Virus record (IMG/VR): IMGVR_UViG_2740892427_000001
DNA from: a virus
Taxonomy: Duplodnaviria; Heunggongvirae; Uroviricota; Caudoviricetes
Length of the DNA: 64,000 bases
Direction: 5' to 3' (one strand)
Position numbers and translations under genes: made by a program. The stretch's first letter is position 1. Each line of letters opens with the position of its first letter. Below, in pieces: positions 1-9,632 of this stretch. Under the pieces are notes generated by a model. It saw only the letters and a list, made by a program, of their open reading frames with translations, was not told where the DNA came from and did not search any database.

Positions 1-118
1 CACGGCTGAACTCAACCAGTTTCTCCGGGGATATATCCTCCTCCGTAGCGAGCGTCTCTAGTCGTTCGAGTATGTTGAAGGCTTTTTCTTGGGTAATAGC
101 AGAGTGCGATGTGGTCAT
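1..118 (-). CDS. hypothetical protein, N-terminal 39 codons only (gene continues beyond window start)
   Basis: ATG at 118-116 overlapping stop of the neighbouring gene (ATGA); frame open to position 1. Confidence 0.35.
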   Translation of the reverse strand, partial: MTTSHSAITQEKAFNILERLETLATEEDISPEKLVEFSR

Positions 119-516
119 TTTCTTTCACCTTCAATGTTCGTGGCGCTGGCAAGATTGTCCTTGCGAAGAAGAGCGGCTATGCGCTTACTTCCATCCGAGA
201 TAACGCCCTCGTAATACTCACGCTGCTCGTTGAGTTTTGATTTTGCCAACTCCAGTTGTTTTGTTAGTTCCGCAATACGGCAAACATCGTTGATACGCGT
301 TTCCTCTAATGCGTTGATCTCATCCAGTAGTGCCAGCACGGTTTCTGGTCCGGCCAGAAATTTGAAGGCGTTGAGGGCATCAATATCAACACCGCTATCT
401 TTAAGTTCCTGTTCGCTTATCAGATCATCATCAACTGGCAACATTAACAGGCGTTCCATTGCCGGAATTGCACGCTCTGCCGCCTCACGCAGTGCCTGAT
501 AGTCAATCTTGCTCAC
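115..516 (-). CDS. hypothetical protein (133 aa), GTG start
   Basis: ORF with GGAG 8 nt upstream; GTGA overlap with upstream gene. Confidence 0.5.
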   Translation of the reverse strand: MSKIDYQALREAAERAIPAMERLLMLPVDDDLISEQELKDSGVDIDALNAFKFLAGPETVLALLDEINALEETRINDVCRIAELTKQLELAKSKLNEQREYYEGVISDGSKRIAALLRKDNLASATNIEGERK

Positions 517-1013
517 TGGATGACTCCTTTACGAAGCTGTTCAGCAATACTTACGCATATCTCTGCGCCTCTAATCAGCCCCGGAACGTTCTTGTTTGGC
601 CCAACTTCACCATCAACAAAATCAATCATCGCGTTACGAGCCATATCCACGCCCTGCGCACGTACTTCAGCCAGAAAAGCATCGGTGGCTGGAGTCTCCG
701 TTAATTCGCTAACCCAATTATCTCCGTGTTCCTCGGCACACATCGTATCGAATGCTCGCTCAGATTCTTTCAGGGCTGCATTCTCCGCCGCTAATGCGTC
801 TCTTTGCGCCCGCAACTTCTCAATTTCGGCAGCCATGTAGTAACCAACCATAGCGAAGACGGCAAAAGAGTTGTCTGCCTCATCAGGCGACACTGAGGCC
901 ATTAGCAGGCCATCGTAAAAATCGTGACTCCCATTGGTGATCGCCACCGCATAGGAGTCGTGGTTCTCGCGCTTGTGAATGAGAACTACGGGATTTTCGA
1001 TTTTGTTACTCAT
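513..1013 (-). CDS. hypothetical protein (166 aa)
   Basis: ORF preceded by the conserved AAAGGAAAAACAC-ATG-type initiation region. Confidence 0.6.
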   Translation of the reverse strand: MSNKIENPVVLIHKRENHDSYAVAITNGSHDFYDGLLMASVSPDEADNSFAVFAMVGYYMAAEIEKLRAQRDALAAENAALKESERAFDTMCAEEHGDNWVSELTETPATDAFLAEVRAQGVDMARNAMIDFVDGEVGPNKNVPGLIRGAEICVSIAEQLRKGVIQ

Positions 1014-1151
1014 GTGTTTTTCTCTTCTTTGCTGTTACATAAGCACTACCAAGTGCTGGTTTATTTTCACAAATAAGAAAAGGTAGAAAACAATTTATTT
1101 AAGGCCACAACTTATGGCCTTTATTTATTCATGCCGAAGGATTTGTAGCGT

Positions 1152-1532
1152 CTAATTGCCGGATAAAATGGGGTGAGGTGCTTGCCAGTAGGCTCCACCG
1201 GTCCATGTGAACCCCATGCGAATAAGAGTGTTTATTGCGGCTTTGGTAGACTCCGATTCGACACTGGCTTTTCGAAACTCTTGAACCTCTTTCGCCAACT
1301 TGTATGTAATTGTGCAGGGGACGATTGCAGCCCAGCCTTTCTCATGACTGTTAATGACCATCTGGATGTGACCATCCAGAATAGGTTGATTAGGCATGTT
1401 ATTGAAAATGTCTGCCTGTTTTTGAATGTGAAGAAAAAGCCTTGCCAGCTCCATTTGCTCACTACGAGACAAGGGATTATCAAGAGGGCTTTTTGCAAAA
1501 GCGGCTATACGCTGTGCGTCAATGCCAAACAT
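1152..1532 (-). CDS. hypothetical protein (126 aa)
   Basis: ORF, ATGA overlap with upstream gene. Confidence 0.5.
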   Translation of the reverse strand: MFGIDAQRIAAFAKSPLDNPLSRSEQMELARLFLHIQKQADIFNNMPNQPILDGHIQMVINSHEKGWAAIVPCTITYKLAKEVQEFRKASVESESTKAAINTLIRMGFTWTGGAYWQAPHPILSGN

Positions 1533-2236
1533 CAGCGCACCTCACCATCTTTATGGCTGGAGTTAACTTCCGCCATTAAATGTCTGACGTAATCGACAAG
1601 AGAGCCACCTGGTGGAATCTGGCATTCCTCAACTAACTGGAAGTAGATATCCGCTGCATTACGTGTATTGCTACCCGCACATATTCTTTCTTCCCGAAGT
1701 GCATGAAGCTCGTTGATCAAACGGTCACACTCTCCGTTACGCTGATCCACAACGGCCTCAAGCTCTGCGACGCGTTCACCTGGCGTCTTACCTTCTTTGC
1801 GTTGGATGGTAACGACGAAATCGCCAATTGCAGGGACGTTGTAATCCAGCTCAAGGTAGTTTTTGGCACCGCTGCGGACGAACTCACCCGCGAACATGGT
1901 GGCGAACATCGCAGAGGCCACTTCGTCGTTGAAAAGTGACTCCAGATCTAACGGAGTCCCGGCAGCAAGAGCCTCTTTTGCTGTATCCATTGCATCCATG
2001 AACCGATCAAACTCACTAGCGCGCTTTTCCAGGTCTTTCCATTGCTCGCTCCAACGTTTGGCAACGAAGTCTATGAATGTTTTCGCGGATTCATCAAAAT
2101 CCCCCTCAAACTTAACGATGCCTTTATCAATAATGATCTGGCCTACCGCATCCTCTGCATAACCTTTCAATGTAAACTTGAAAGGAAAATCAGAATGGCC
2201 TGTGACGTTAAAATGCTCTAACTGGAGGTTGTTCAT
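1532..2236 (-). CDS. hypothetical protein (234 aa)
   Basis: ORF with conserved initiation region GAGAAAAACAC-ATG. Confidence 0.6.
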   Translation of the reverse strand: MNNLQLEHFNVTGHSDFPFKFTLKGYAEDAVGQIIIDKGIVKFEGDFDESAKTFIDFVAKRWSEQWKDLEKRASEFDRFMDAMDTAKEALAAGTPLDLESLFNDEVASAMFATMFAGEFVRSGAKNYLELDYNVPAIGDFVVTIQRKEGKTPGERVAELEAVVDQRNGECDRLINELHALREERICAGSNTRNAADIYFQLVEECQIPPGGSLVDYVRHLMAEVNSSHKDGEVR

Positions 2237-2297
2237 GTGTTTTTCTCTTATCGTTTAGTTATTACATTCTTACACAAATTAAGTAAGTATTTACCTA

Positions 2298-3983
2298 TCA
2301 TTTAACGCGTTTGAAAACGTATACGCTGACTGTGATCCCTGTGTCTTCAAACTCGTTGGTAAACGACTTCCCTCTGGCATAAACGTAATTATCCATCGTC
2401 ATCCAGTCCAGTATTGGCGCAGTGCCCGGCAATACTGCTACAAGACGCCCGCCGACTTTCAGATGCCCCAGCGCAGCCAGCGTGTGCTCTCTATGACGAC
2501 CAAGCGAGTACGGCGGGTTCATAACGATTTTGTCGAACTGATAACCTACGTTGTCCTCAGACCACTTTATGAAGTCGCAGCAAATCGTGTTCGTATACCC
2601 TTTTCCGCGCAGGATATCAGCGAAGAGAGGTGCGATTTCTATGCAGGTAACATCTTCCAGATCGGCGTTAATATAGGCCAGAAGATCCCCACGTCCGGCT
2701 TGAGGCTCCAACAACTTCTCACCAGGCTTCAATTCAGTGGCTCTGGCAACGTACTCAGCAATCAAGCGTGGGGTAGGGTAGAACTGGTGTGATTTTGTAT
2801 CCGGTATTAAACCGGTAGCCACAATCGTATTTAGCGTATGGCCGATCTCATACGGGAACTGCCAGTGCTTTTTCTCCTGCACGCCGCCAATGAAGCTCAG
2901 TGTGCGCTCAAGCTCTTCCACCTGCGACTTCTGGAGAGCTGAATCAGAGAAGTACCATACGCCTTTGTCTTTGCTAAATCGCCCGTCACGAAGCGCAGTG
3001 CGAACCGGCACGGAGATCGTCTTCTGGATTAACCCGAACTGCTTTGGTGCCCGTGTTTTTGGCGCAGTTCGGCATGGCGCGGGAATTGCAGCAGGCATAC
3101 TGTAAGCCAGCACCTCATTCAACTTCCAGGCCACGTCAGGATGTATTTCAAAGTGAACGTTGCCGTTCTTGAACATCTTCACGCGCATCAGATTTCCATC
3201 GACGTTCATCCAGTCACCGGTCTGGCAGTCGTTTGCCCGATACGCAGCTGATAGCACCTCAGCAGTGCGGTTGATGGTAATAAATTCTTTGTGCGCGAAG
3301 AAATGAAGCAAGACACGCAGATCGTCGATATAGTCCTCTTTGCGATAGTTCACACTAACGCTGTCCCGCCAGAAATCAGAAATGCAGTCAGCGATTATCA
3401 GACGTTCGCTGAAACCGTTTGTCTTATTTGTCTTGTGCGCAGGACTCAGCGCCTTAAACAAGCCATACACGCGCTCAGAGAGATATTTGTGCCTGTCATT
3501 CAGCAAATTAAGCATCGTGGGTATGACCGTTTCTGCTTTGAACTCCGGTACACCAACGAACTCTTTAACCTTCATCTGGTAGCCGGTTCTGTCAGTTTTG
3601 ATGACTTCCTGTTTGCCCTCTATAAACTGCTCGCGCCACTCATCTCGACGGGAAGCTGGCATGATCAGCAAAACGTTAGTCATGTCCGTGACCTTCCTCC
3701 AGTACTCGGCCCAAATATTCTGTTTCACCCATTCCAGATCGACTTTATCCAACCAACCTCGATTTAAACGCGAGCGATCTTCATCTGGTCGATGGTTTAG
3801 TCTCAGCAGGCGATTAATCATGTTGTGGCGTTCGTCGCCATAAACGAAGTCGTGTACCTGATACATGAAGGCGATCTCTTTCTCGCACTCGGCCACAATT
3901 TCGTGGATGACGTTCATTTCCTGCCGATAGTCGATAGCAGTGTTTGAGTTGGCATCGTCGATGATGGAAAGGGCTGTATTCAT
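2298..3983 (-). CDS. two-domain protein: N-terminal domain of unknown function fused to C-terminal SAM-dependent DNA methyltransferase domain
   Basis: C-terminal third contains LEPQAGRGDLL (SAM-binding-like) and IVMNPPYSLG ((D/N)PPY catalytic motif of N6-adenine/N4-cytosine MTases). Confidence 0.65.
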   Translation of the reverse strand: MNTALSIIDDANSNTAIDYRQEMNVIHEIVAECEKEIAFMYQVHDFVYGDERHNMINRLLRLNHRPDEDRSRLNRGWLDKVDLEWVKQNIWAEYWRKVTDMTNVLLIMPASRRDEWREQFIEGKQEVIKTDRTGYQMKVKEFVGVPEFKAETVIPTMLNLLNDRHKYLSERVYGLFKALSPAHKTNKTNGFSERLIIADCISDFWRDSVSVNYRKEDYIDDLRVLLHFFAHKEFITINRTAEVLSAAYRANDCQTGDWMNVDGNLMRVKMFKNGNVHFEIHPDVAWKLNEVLAYSMPAAIPAPCRTAPKTRAPKQFGLIQKTISVPVRTALRDGRFSKDKGVWYFSDSALQKSQVEELERTLSFIGGVQEKKHWQFPYEIGHTLNTIVATGLIPDTKSHQFYPTPRLIAEYVARATELKPGEKLLEPQAGRGDLLAYINADLEDVTCIEIAPLFADILRGKGYTNTICCDFIKWSEDNVGYQFDKIVMNPPYSLGRHREHTLAALGHLKVGGRLVAVLPGTAPILDWMTMDNYVYARGKSFTNEFEDTGITVSVYVFKRVK

Positions 3984-4086
3984 AATTGCACCATTAAGAA
4001 GTGATTTGTTTAATGGTGCAATTATTTCAAAAATGAAAAGGTACTAAATAGAAATAAACAGGCAATCCTTCAAATAAAGGCATTGG

Positions 4087-4985
4087 CTAATCATACTTGG
4101 AGGTATTTATCACCAGAATTTTGTTTGTATAAATCTTCTTAATATCCCATGTGACATTACCGGAATACCATTGACCGTTATATACTTGGTTTCCAGTTGC
4201 ACCTGTCATTGTTACATAGACAGGTCTGTCGTAATCGGTTCGTCTATAGTTATATACCCCAACCATAGCAGGCATTACCGCACATGGATACCCCATATCT
4301 ATTGTAAATTGAGGGTCAGAAATAGTGATAAGTTTCGCATCAAGGGGCATCATCTCACCGTGATACACCATTGCGCCTGCGCTGTTATACATGGCAATGC
4401 CATAGCCAGAATGTGGTAACACCATATCAGAAAAAGCATAAACTATTATTGTTCCGGGGCTACCATTTACCTGATGCAATCTGAGAGCATTGTATCCGTT
4501 ACTATGCTCATGAATAAACATCATGTTCGCCTTATTACTGCTTTTTATGAAGAAAAAGCATGATTTGTTTGATGGGATTGATGTTTGAAAAACAGAACCT
4601 TTAGATGCAGACATTGTCCCTTTATTAATCAGATTTTGCGGAGTAAATTCTGGACTCATCCACAAACTTCCATCTGATTGAGTAATTGACATCCCGAACA
4701 TAATTATCCCCAGTATGTGTATATGTAAGAACCAAGCCCCGTATATAAATTTGACCAACTAACCGTATTTCCATTAATAGTAACATTTGGAACAGGTAAA
4801 TTGATGTAGTTGTCGTTGTTAAGAGGCATTAATGACCACACGGCATGTAGTGATTTACCCGGTGGCGGATTAGAGTACGTCTTAGAGCCTGATGACGCCG
4901 TAAATCGATCAAGAAAAAAAATAGGTGTAAGGAAGCCAGTAACGTTAATTCCTTTATTGTTGTAAATCCCTGTACCGTATGCCAT
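4087..4985 (-). CDS. Asn/Gly/Tyr-rich hypothetical protein in AT-rich DNA, split into two overlapping frames (4704..4985 and 4087..4758) by an apparent frameshift
   Basis: two same-strand ORFs overlap at 4704-4758; adding one base in the C4 run 4737-4740 joins ...SNLYTG to AWFLHIHILGIIMFGM...; downstream ORF only has a TTG start. Confidence 0.35.
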
Positions 4986-5039
4986 TTTTCACCCTTGTTT
5001 TTATCAACACAATATGGCCGATCATGCGGCCATATCAGA

Positions 5040-5609
5040 TCAATTAGAGCTTTGAAAGACTTTGTGTGGTTGTGTTGCGAGGTTATGTCGATGGCTTAAC
5101 TCACGCATCATGTCTTCAAGGCGACTCTTTGTGTCGTCGAGTTGGTCGGCCATTGCTCCCAAAAGCTGACGAACGGCCATCGGATCATCGCTGTTTAGTG
5201 ATGGCATTTTATAACCCGCCTGAGAAGACATAAGATTGAACGCAGACATCAACATCGTTAGAGAGGATTTAAGCCCAGCAATTTCACGATCTTTGCTGGC
5301 AATAATCGCCTCACTCTTGTTAGTGTCATCAGTTCGTTGAGTCTCGCTCACCATATCCAAAGTCGCCTGCAACTTATCAGCGCGCTCTTTTTCAGCAAGA
5401 TAATGAACACCGAAATGATGTGCTAAAGCTACAACCTGAGTTGGCTCTTCAAAGGTGGACTCAAAATTAAGTGCTGTAACCACTCTCTCAAATATGGAAA
5501 CGTCTTCTATTCCTCGAAGAATGGCTAACATTTTGACCAGTTCATTAGCATCCATTTCTTCGAATAAGGCGTTTTGTTCATCAGCTATCGCTTTGCATTT
5601 CTTGCACAT
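5040..5609 (-). CDS. hypothetical protein (189 aa)
   Basis: ORF with AGGAAAAACAC-ATG initiation region and AAACAAGTTGTTT palindrome upstream. Confidence 0.6.
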   Translation of the reverse strand: MCKKCKAIADEQNALFEEMDANELVKMLAILRGIEDVSIFERVVTALNFESTFEEPTQVVALAHHFGVHYLAEKERADKLQATLDMVSETQRTDDTNKSEAIIASKDREIAGLKSSLTMLMSAFNLMSSQAGYKMPSLNSDDPMAVRQLLGAMADQLDDTKSRLEDMMRELSHRHNLATQPHKVFQSSN

Positions 5610-5906
5610 GTGTTTTTCCTAATGCTTAAACAAGTTGTTTTCTTATTGGCTTTATTGTGATGTGGCATAAAAGGGGAGCAAGCTAAACGTAAAGGTGCAA
5701 ACTCTCTATTTCGGTCAACGAAACACAAGGGCCATTTGGCCCTTGTCATTAACACGTTGCTTTACGGACTAGCGGATAAGCGAAGTAGATCGCCAAACCA
5801 ATGAGGACGCCATCAGAAATGACAGACATCATCTTTCCCGTAAAATCCACCAACACCGCCATCACCAGAAGAGCAATGACGATCACAAGCCGGAATCTCT
5901 CAAGCA

Positions 5907-6332
5907 TTAGAGATAAGCATCCAGTGACAACTGAAGCGCCTGGGCGATCTTTTTCAGTGCCTGCTCTTCTTGTTCACCAATGCCATCCTGATCGGCAATA
6001 TCAAGGCACAGACACAGAACATCGACCGCCTCTGGAGTACCCGCAATATCAGAAAGCTCACGAATAGCCTGTGCATTAGCAGAACGAGGGGACGCTTCGT
6101 AACGAGCACGGATATTGGCGCTCATTTGGGCAATTTCACCAGCAAACGGAGAAAACGCAGGCAGAGCTGCAATTGTCTTCTCAAGAATGGCAATTTCTTT
6201 TGCGTCACATGTGCCGTCGGCATAGGAGATCATGTACGCGCCCCACACGGTGGCCTCAACCGCATCACGGTTCTCCATTTTTTTGACTTCGATAACTGCT
6301 TTACGAGTTTTCTTTTTGAAGAAACCTAACAT
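5907..6332 (-). CDS. TerB-like protein (tellurite-resistance TerB domain family)
   Basis: duplicated ...ADGxxDxxE... pattern (YADGTCDAKEIAILEK; IADQDGIGEQEEQALKKIAQALQL) typical of TerB. Confidence 0.5.
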   Translation of the reverse strand: MLGFFKKKTRKAVIEVKKMENRDAVEATVWGAYMISYADGTCDAKEIAILEKTIAALPAFSPFAGEIAQMSANIRARYEASPRSANAQAIRELSDIAGTPEAVDVLCLCLDIADQDGIGEQEEQALKKIAQALQLSLDAYL

Positions 6333-6425
6333 GTGTTTTCCTTTTGTTATTTGTCAAAACAAGTTGTTTTATAGTTTCATAAATTGCTTACGCAAAGATG
6401 GTCAATGCATATGCACTAACAGCCG

Positions 6426-6614
6426 TCAGAAATAACCAAGTACCGAACCGACTGGAAAAACAAAAATCCCAACTACACGAGCCAAGGTCATGCCAGCCTG
6501 AAACTGGAGATCGCCAGAGCAAACAAGTTTTATAATGTTCGATACCCAACCGGCGGCCATGAGGGCAAGAATTGCCAGCCAAATTTTTCCAAAGTGATTT
6601 GAAAACCAGTTCAT
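6426..6614 (-). CDS. small hydrophobic membrane protein (62 aa)
   Basis: two predicted TM segments; alternative overlapping frame 6388..6618 looks less protein-like. Confidence 0.4.
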   Translation of the reverse strand: MNWFSNHFGKIWLAILALMAAGWVSNIIKLVCSGDLQFQAGMTLARVVGIFVFPVGSVLGYF

Positions 6615-6623
6615 ACAACCGCC

Positions 6624-7118
6624 TTAGTCACAGCATGATCCTGAGTAACCGGATGAACTTGAGGTATCGCATCCACCGTCATCCCATCCAGAGTGACAGG
6701 ACGCTCTACTGGAGTGGTGGTAATTGTCGTCGACGGAGGTGTGGTGATGGATGAACCCGGCATCAAAAGGCTCTGGCCGGCTGGAACGGCTACCGTCGCC
6801 AGTGAAACTATAATGAGAACGTAGGCCATTGGTTTCAGCCTCTTTCTTTGAAAATTTTCCATTCGAACTGTCCTTGTTGTTTTTCTCCTTCACTAAAGGC
6901 CGTGTACTTTTCGCTTCGCGTGAAGAACCAGAGGCAACAATCGCCCCCACGTTCGCAACAACTGACGCTTGATTATCTAAACGTTCATTCAGCAACCGAA
7001 CGGTAGTCTCTAGTTCATCAAGACGTGACATAACACGACCGCTAAACAATTCGGCCAAAATTTGACGTAAAGAACGAGGACGTTTAGTTGCAGAAGTGAA
7101 ATAGGTTTGACGTGCCAT
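6624..7118 (-). CDS. hypothetical protein; C-terminal half overlaps another frame (6611..6862) that encodes a signal-peptide-bearing Thr/Pro-rich product
   Basis: N-terminal ~80 aa look protein-like, C-terminal part is low complexity; the true gene structure here is unresolved. Confidence 0.3.
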   Translation of the reverse strand: MARQTYFTSATKRPRSLRQILAELFSGRVMSRLDELETTVRLLNERLDNQASVVANVGAIVASGSSREAKSTRPLVKEKNNKDSSNGKFSKKEAETNGLRSHYSFTGDGSRSSRPEPFDAGFIHHHTSVDDNYHHSSRASCHSGWDDGGCDTSSSSGYSGSCCD

Positions 7119-7147
7119 GTGGACTCCATCCAGTGTCAGAAAGAGTT

Positions 7148-7169
7148 GCGGCTGGCGATTGCCAGCCGC
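7148..7169. other. stem-loop GCGGCTGGCgattGCCAGCCGC
   Basis: 9-bp perfect stem upstream of gene 6624..7118. Confidence 0.45.
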
Positions 7170-7263
7170 CTTTCTCGTTCCATCCTGGAACTGTGTCTTA
7201 CCGACACATTGTCATCCTGACGCTGATAAGATACATGATTTAAAATGATAGGTAAACACTTAC

Positions 7264-7857
7264 TTACTGCTTGTTATAAACAAAACCAATATCTTTCTTG
7301 TGAGGCATATCTGCTGCTGAAAAAGCTGCGATCTTCGCGAGTCGATCACATATTTCATTTTCACGATGCCCGGCGTGACCTTTAACCCACTTCCAGCGAA
7401 CATTATGTCGACTTGCGGCCTCATCCAGACGTTTCCACAGATCAACATTCTTTACCGGTTTTTTATCAGAAGTCATCCATCCATTACGTTTCCACCATTT
7501 CATCCACTGTGTCATGCCGTTTTTCAGATACTGGCTATCAGAGTACAAAATAACGTTGCATGGATATTTCAAACGCTCCAGCCCGATAAGTGCGCCCATC
7601 ATCTCCATGCGGTTATTGGTGGTGCTATGAAAACCATCTGAGAACTCGCGTTCCTCACCACGATACTGGAGAACGATACCGTAACCGCCCGGGCCACCCG
7701 GATTTTTAAGGCAAGAGCCATCACTAAAGATTTTCACGGTTTTGAGCTGGGGATTGAACTCTACGACAGGCGTTGTGGGATTGGTGCGGGGAGAATTTTT
7801 GTTTTTGGCTTTTTTGCGAGTTTTTGCTTGCGATCGGGCTGGTGTCTTCGTCGTCAT
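7264..7857 (-). CDS. rnhA: ribonuclease HI with Lys-rich N-terminal extension
   Basis: [16 protein letters not shown]...MEMMGAL...YSDSQYL...[18 protein letters not shown] match RNase H catalytic core; start moved to ATG 7857 with AGGAG 7 nt upstream. Confidence 0.85.
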   Translation of the reverse strand: MTTKTPARSQAKTRKKAKNKNSPRTNPTTPVVEFNPQLKTVKIFSDGSCLKNPGGPGGYGIVLQYRGEEREFSDGFHSTTNNRMEMMGALIGLERLKYPCNVILYSDSQYLKNGMTQWMKWWKRNGWMTSDKKPVKNVDLWKRLDEAASRHNVRWKWVKGHAGHRENEICDRLAKIAAFSAADMPHKKDIGFVYNKQ

Positions 7858-8439
7858 ATAAACTCCTGAATCAAGCGCCGCGCCGATTTTTTCCTCGCGC
7901 GTGCGCACACGCGTGCGTGTTAATAATTATTAAAATAAACAAATTACTTCCCAGAACAGGTTTTTATAAACCTGAACTGAACGAACGAAGTGAGTGAAGT
8001 TCACCTCGAACGAAGTGAGAGGTTGTCTTTTCAGGTAATACTCTCCCAGGGAGGTGAGTATAAAATTCCTCACCAACCTGGTCGTTTCATAACCTGAAAA
8101 GCTATGGTCTAAGTCTACTGCCAGCTTAGACTTGGGAAGTTATGGATGACAGCACCCCAGAACCGAGATCTTCCCACACTTTATGAAGGGGAGTACTGGA
8201 TTCAACCTCTCGAAACACCCCAGACTCGACAATCATAAAGTGACCCTTGTCTCTGCTCACTTTGGTTCCCCCTTCCCCGACACCTATACGGCACCGGTTC
8301 TACGCTGGTAGTGAGCTTTTTTAAACCTGACGCCAGTGACGCTTACCCCCACCCATCAGGTCGAGCCTCCAGTCTACGACTGGAAACTATCATATCTTAG
8401 CACTTACAATTCACTTTATGAATAGTTTGTACTTATCTA

Positions 8440-8694
8440 TCATTGTGATTGATTATTTTCTCGACCATGTAGTTGAACATTCAAGGCAAACACCTCATTG
8501 ATCAACTCACCTAAAAGCTGTTCAACAAGTTCGCGATGCTCTCCAAGATGCAAGCACTTAATTGCCCACTCGTACAAGTTGAAAGCCTGCTCACGATCTT
8601 TCATCATTTCACGAGCCTGGGCCAGAAAATCGCTCTCTACGAGCGCAACGACATTAGTCGGGTATGACATGTTGGTTTCCTTAAAGTGGTTCAT
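8440..8694 (-). CDS. hypothetical protein (84 aa)
   Basis: ORF. Confidence 0.45.
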   Translation of the reverse strand: MNHFKETNMSYPTNVVALVESDFLAQAREMMKDREQAFNLYEWAIKCLHLGEHRELVEQLLGELINEVFALNVQLHGRENNQSQ

Positions 8695-8773
8695 AAAATC
8701 GATTTTAAAGCGTCTGGGAAGGGGTTCTAGTGGATTCTGTAGTGATGTTCAGGTCTGGAGTCTCTGATACAAA

Positions 8774-8834
8774 ACAGCCTGCTTCCGTATATTAATAATT
8801 AATATGTAGTTATTTATATATACAGAAGCAGGCT
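8774..8834 (-). terminator. long stem-loop AGCCTGCTTCCGTATAT-n23-ATATACAGAAGCAGGCT just downstream of the Dam gene
   Basis: 17-bp arms, AT-rich loop, U-rich tract follows on the minus strand. Confidence 0.5.
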
Positions 8835-8855
8835 AATTACAGACGCCAGAACAAA

Positions 8856-9449
8856 CTAAGCAGCCTTCTTTGATGGTCTTTTTTTCCTGATCACATTCGC
8901 AGGATCATACCCTCCCAGACTTTTCATGACGTCCAAAGGGATCTTGCTTATAGAGTGCCCAGCGTCCTGACAGAATCCTCGAAAAACAACGAGCATACTG
9001 CCACCGGGGTTGATGTTTACTTCTACCTGACCCAAATTGACGTCAGGCTCGACAAACGCTACGCGGCCACCAGACAGAATAATCGTCTCATTCGCATACT
9101 CTGTTGCACGCTCATACCACTTTGTATCGAGGGATTGAGGAATTAGCATCACTGTTGTAACTCCGCGAGCCTGCTCACGTATAGCAGCATCAATCCAGGG
9201 GGAGATTTTGGAGTAGGGTGGATTGAGGAAGGCAATTGTACCTGGCTGTCCCCATTCAGATTTCAAAGCATCACGCTCAATGCCTATGAAATTAGGCAGC
9301 TTTGCGTTGTCCTTGTTGCAGGCAACGTCAACATCAAATGTCACTCCAAGATAACGTTGAATGGCAGAAAACAGCCAATCAGGTGTTCTCCAGAGGTCAC
9401 GAAGAGAGTTGTCGCGCTTTCGCTGTTTGATTTTTTCGGCTGCAATCAT
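8856..9449 (-). CDS. phage-type DNA N6-adenine methyltransferase (Dam-like)
   Basis: LNPPYSKISPWIDAA motif and ~200-aa size typical of small phage Dam enzymes. Confidence 0.75.
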   Translation of the reverse strand: MIAAEKIKQRKRDNSLRDLWRTPDWLFSAIQRYLGVTFDVDVACNKDNAKLPNFIGIERDALKSEWGQPGTIAFLNPPYSKISPWIDAAIREQARGVTTVMLIPQSLDTKWYERATEYANETIILSGGRVAFVEPDVNLGQVEVNINPGGSMLVVFRGFCQDAGHSISKIPLDVMKSLGGYDPANVIRKKRPSKKAA

Positions 9450-9525
9450 CTTCTTTCTCGATAGGTAAGTGATTACCTATTTTTGCATTTGATTTTATGT
9501 CTGGCAATCAAATAAAACGCGCCAG

Positions 9526-9553
9526 AAATGCAAACGAGAAGCTCTCTGGCGCG
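9526..9553. terminator. bidirectional terminator CGCGCCAGA-loop-TCTGGCGCG flanked by A/T runs
   Basis: 9-bp GC stem, TTTTT on both strands. Confidence 0.6.
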
Positions 9554-9632
9554 TTTTTGTGGTGCTGGGTATGTGATTGGCTTACCCAGCACTATAAAGC
9601 TCTCTATGGGCTTTATTTTCAGTAGGGGAACG

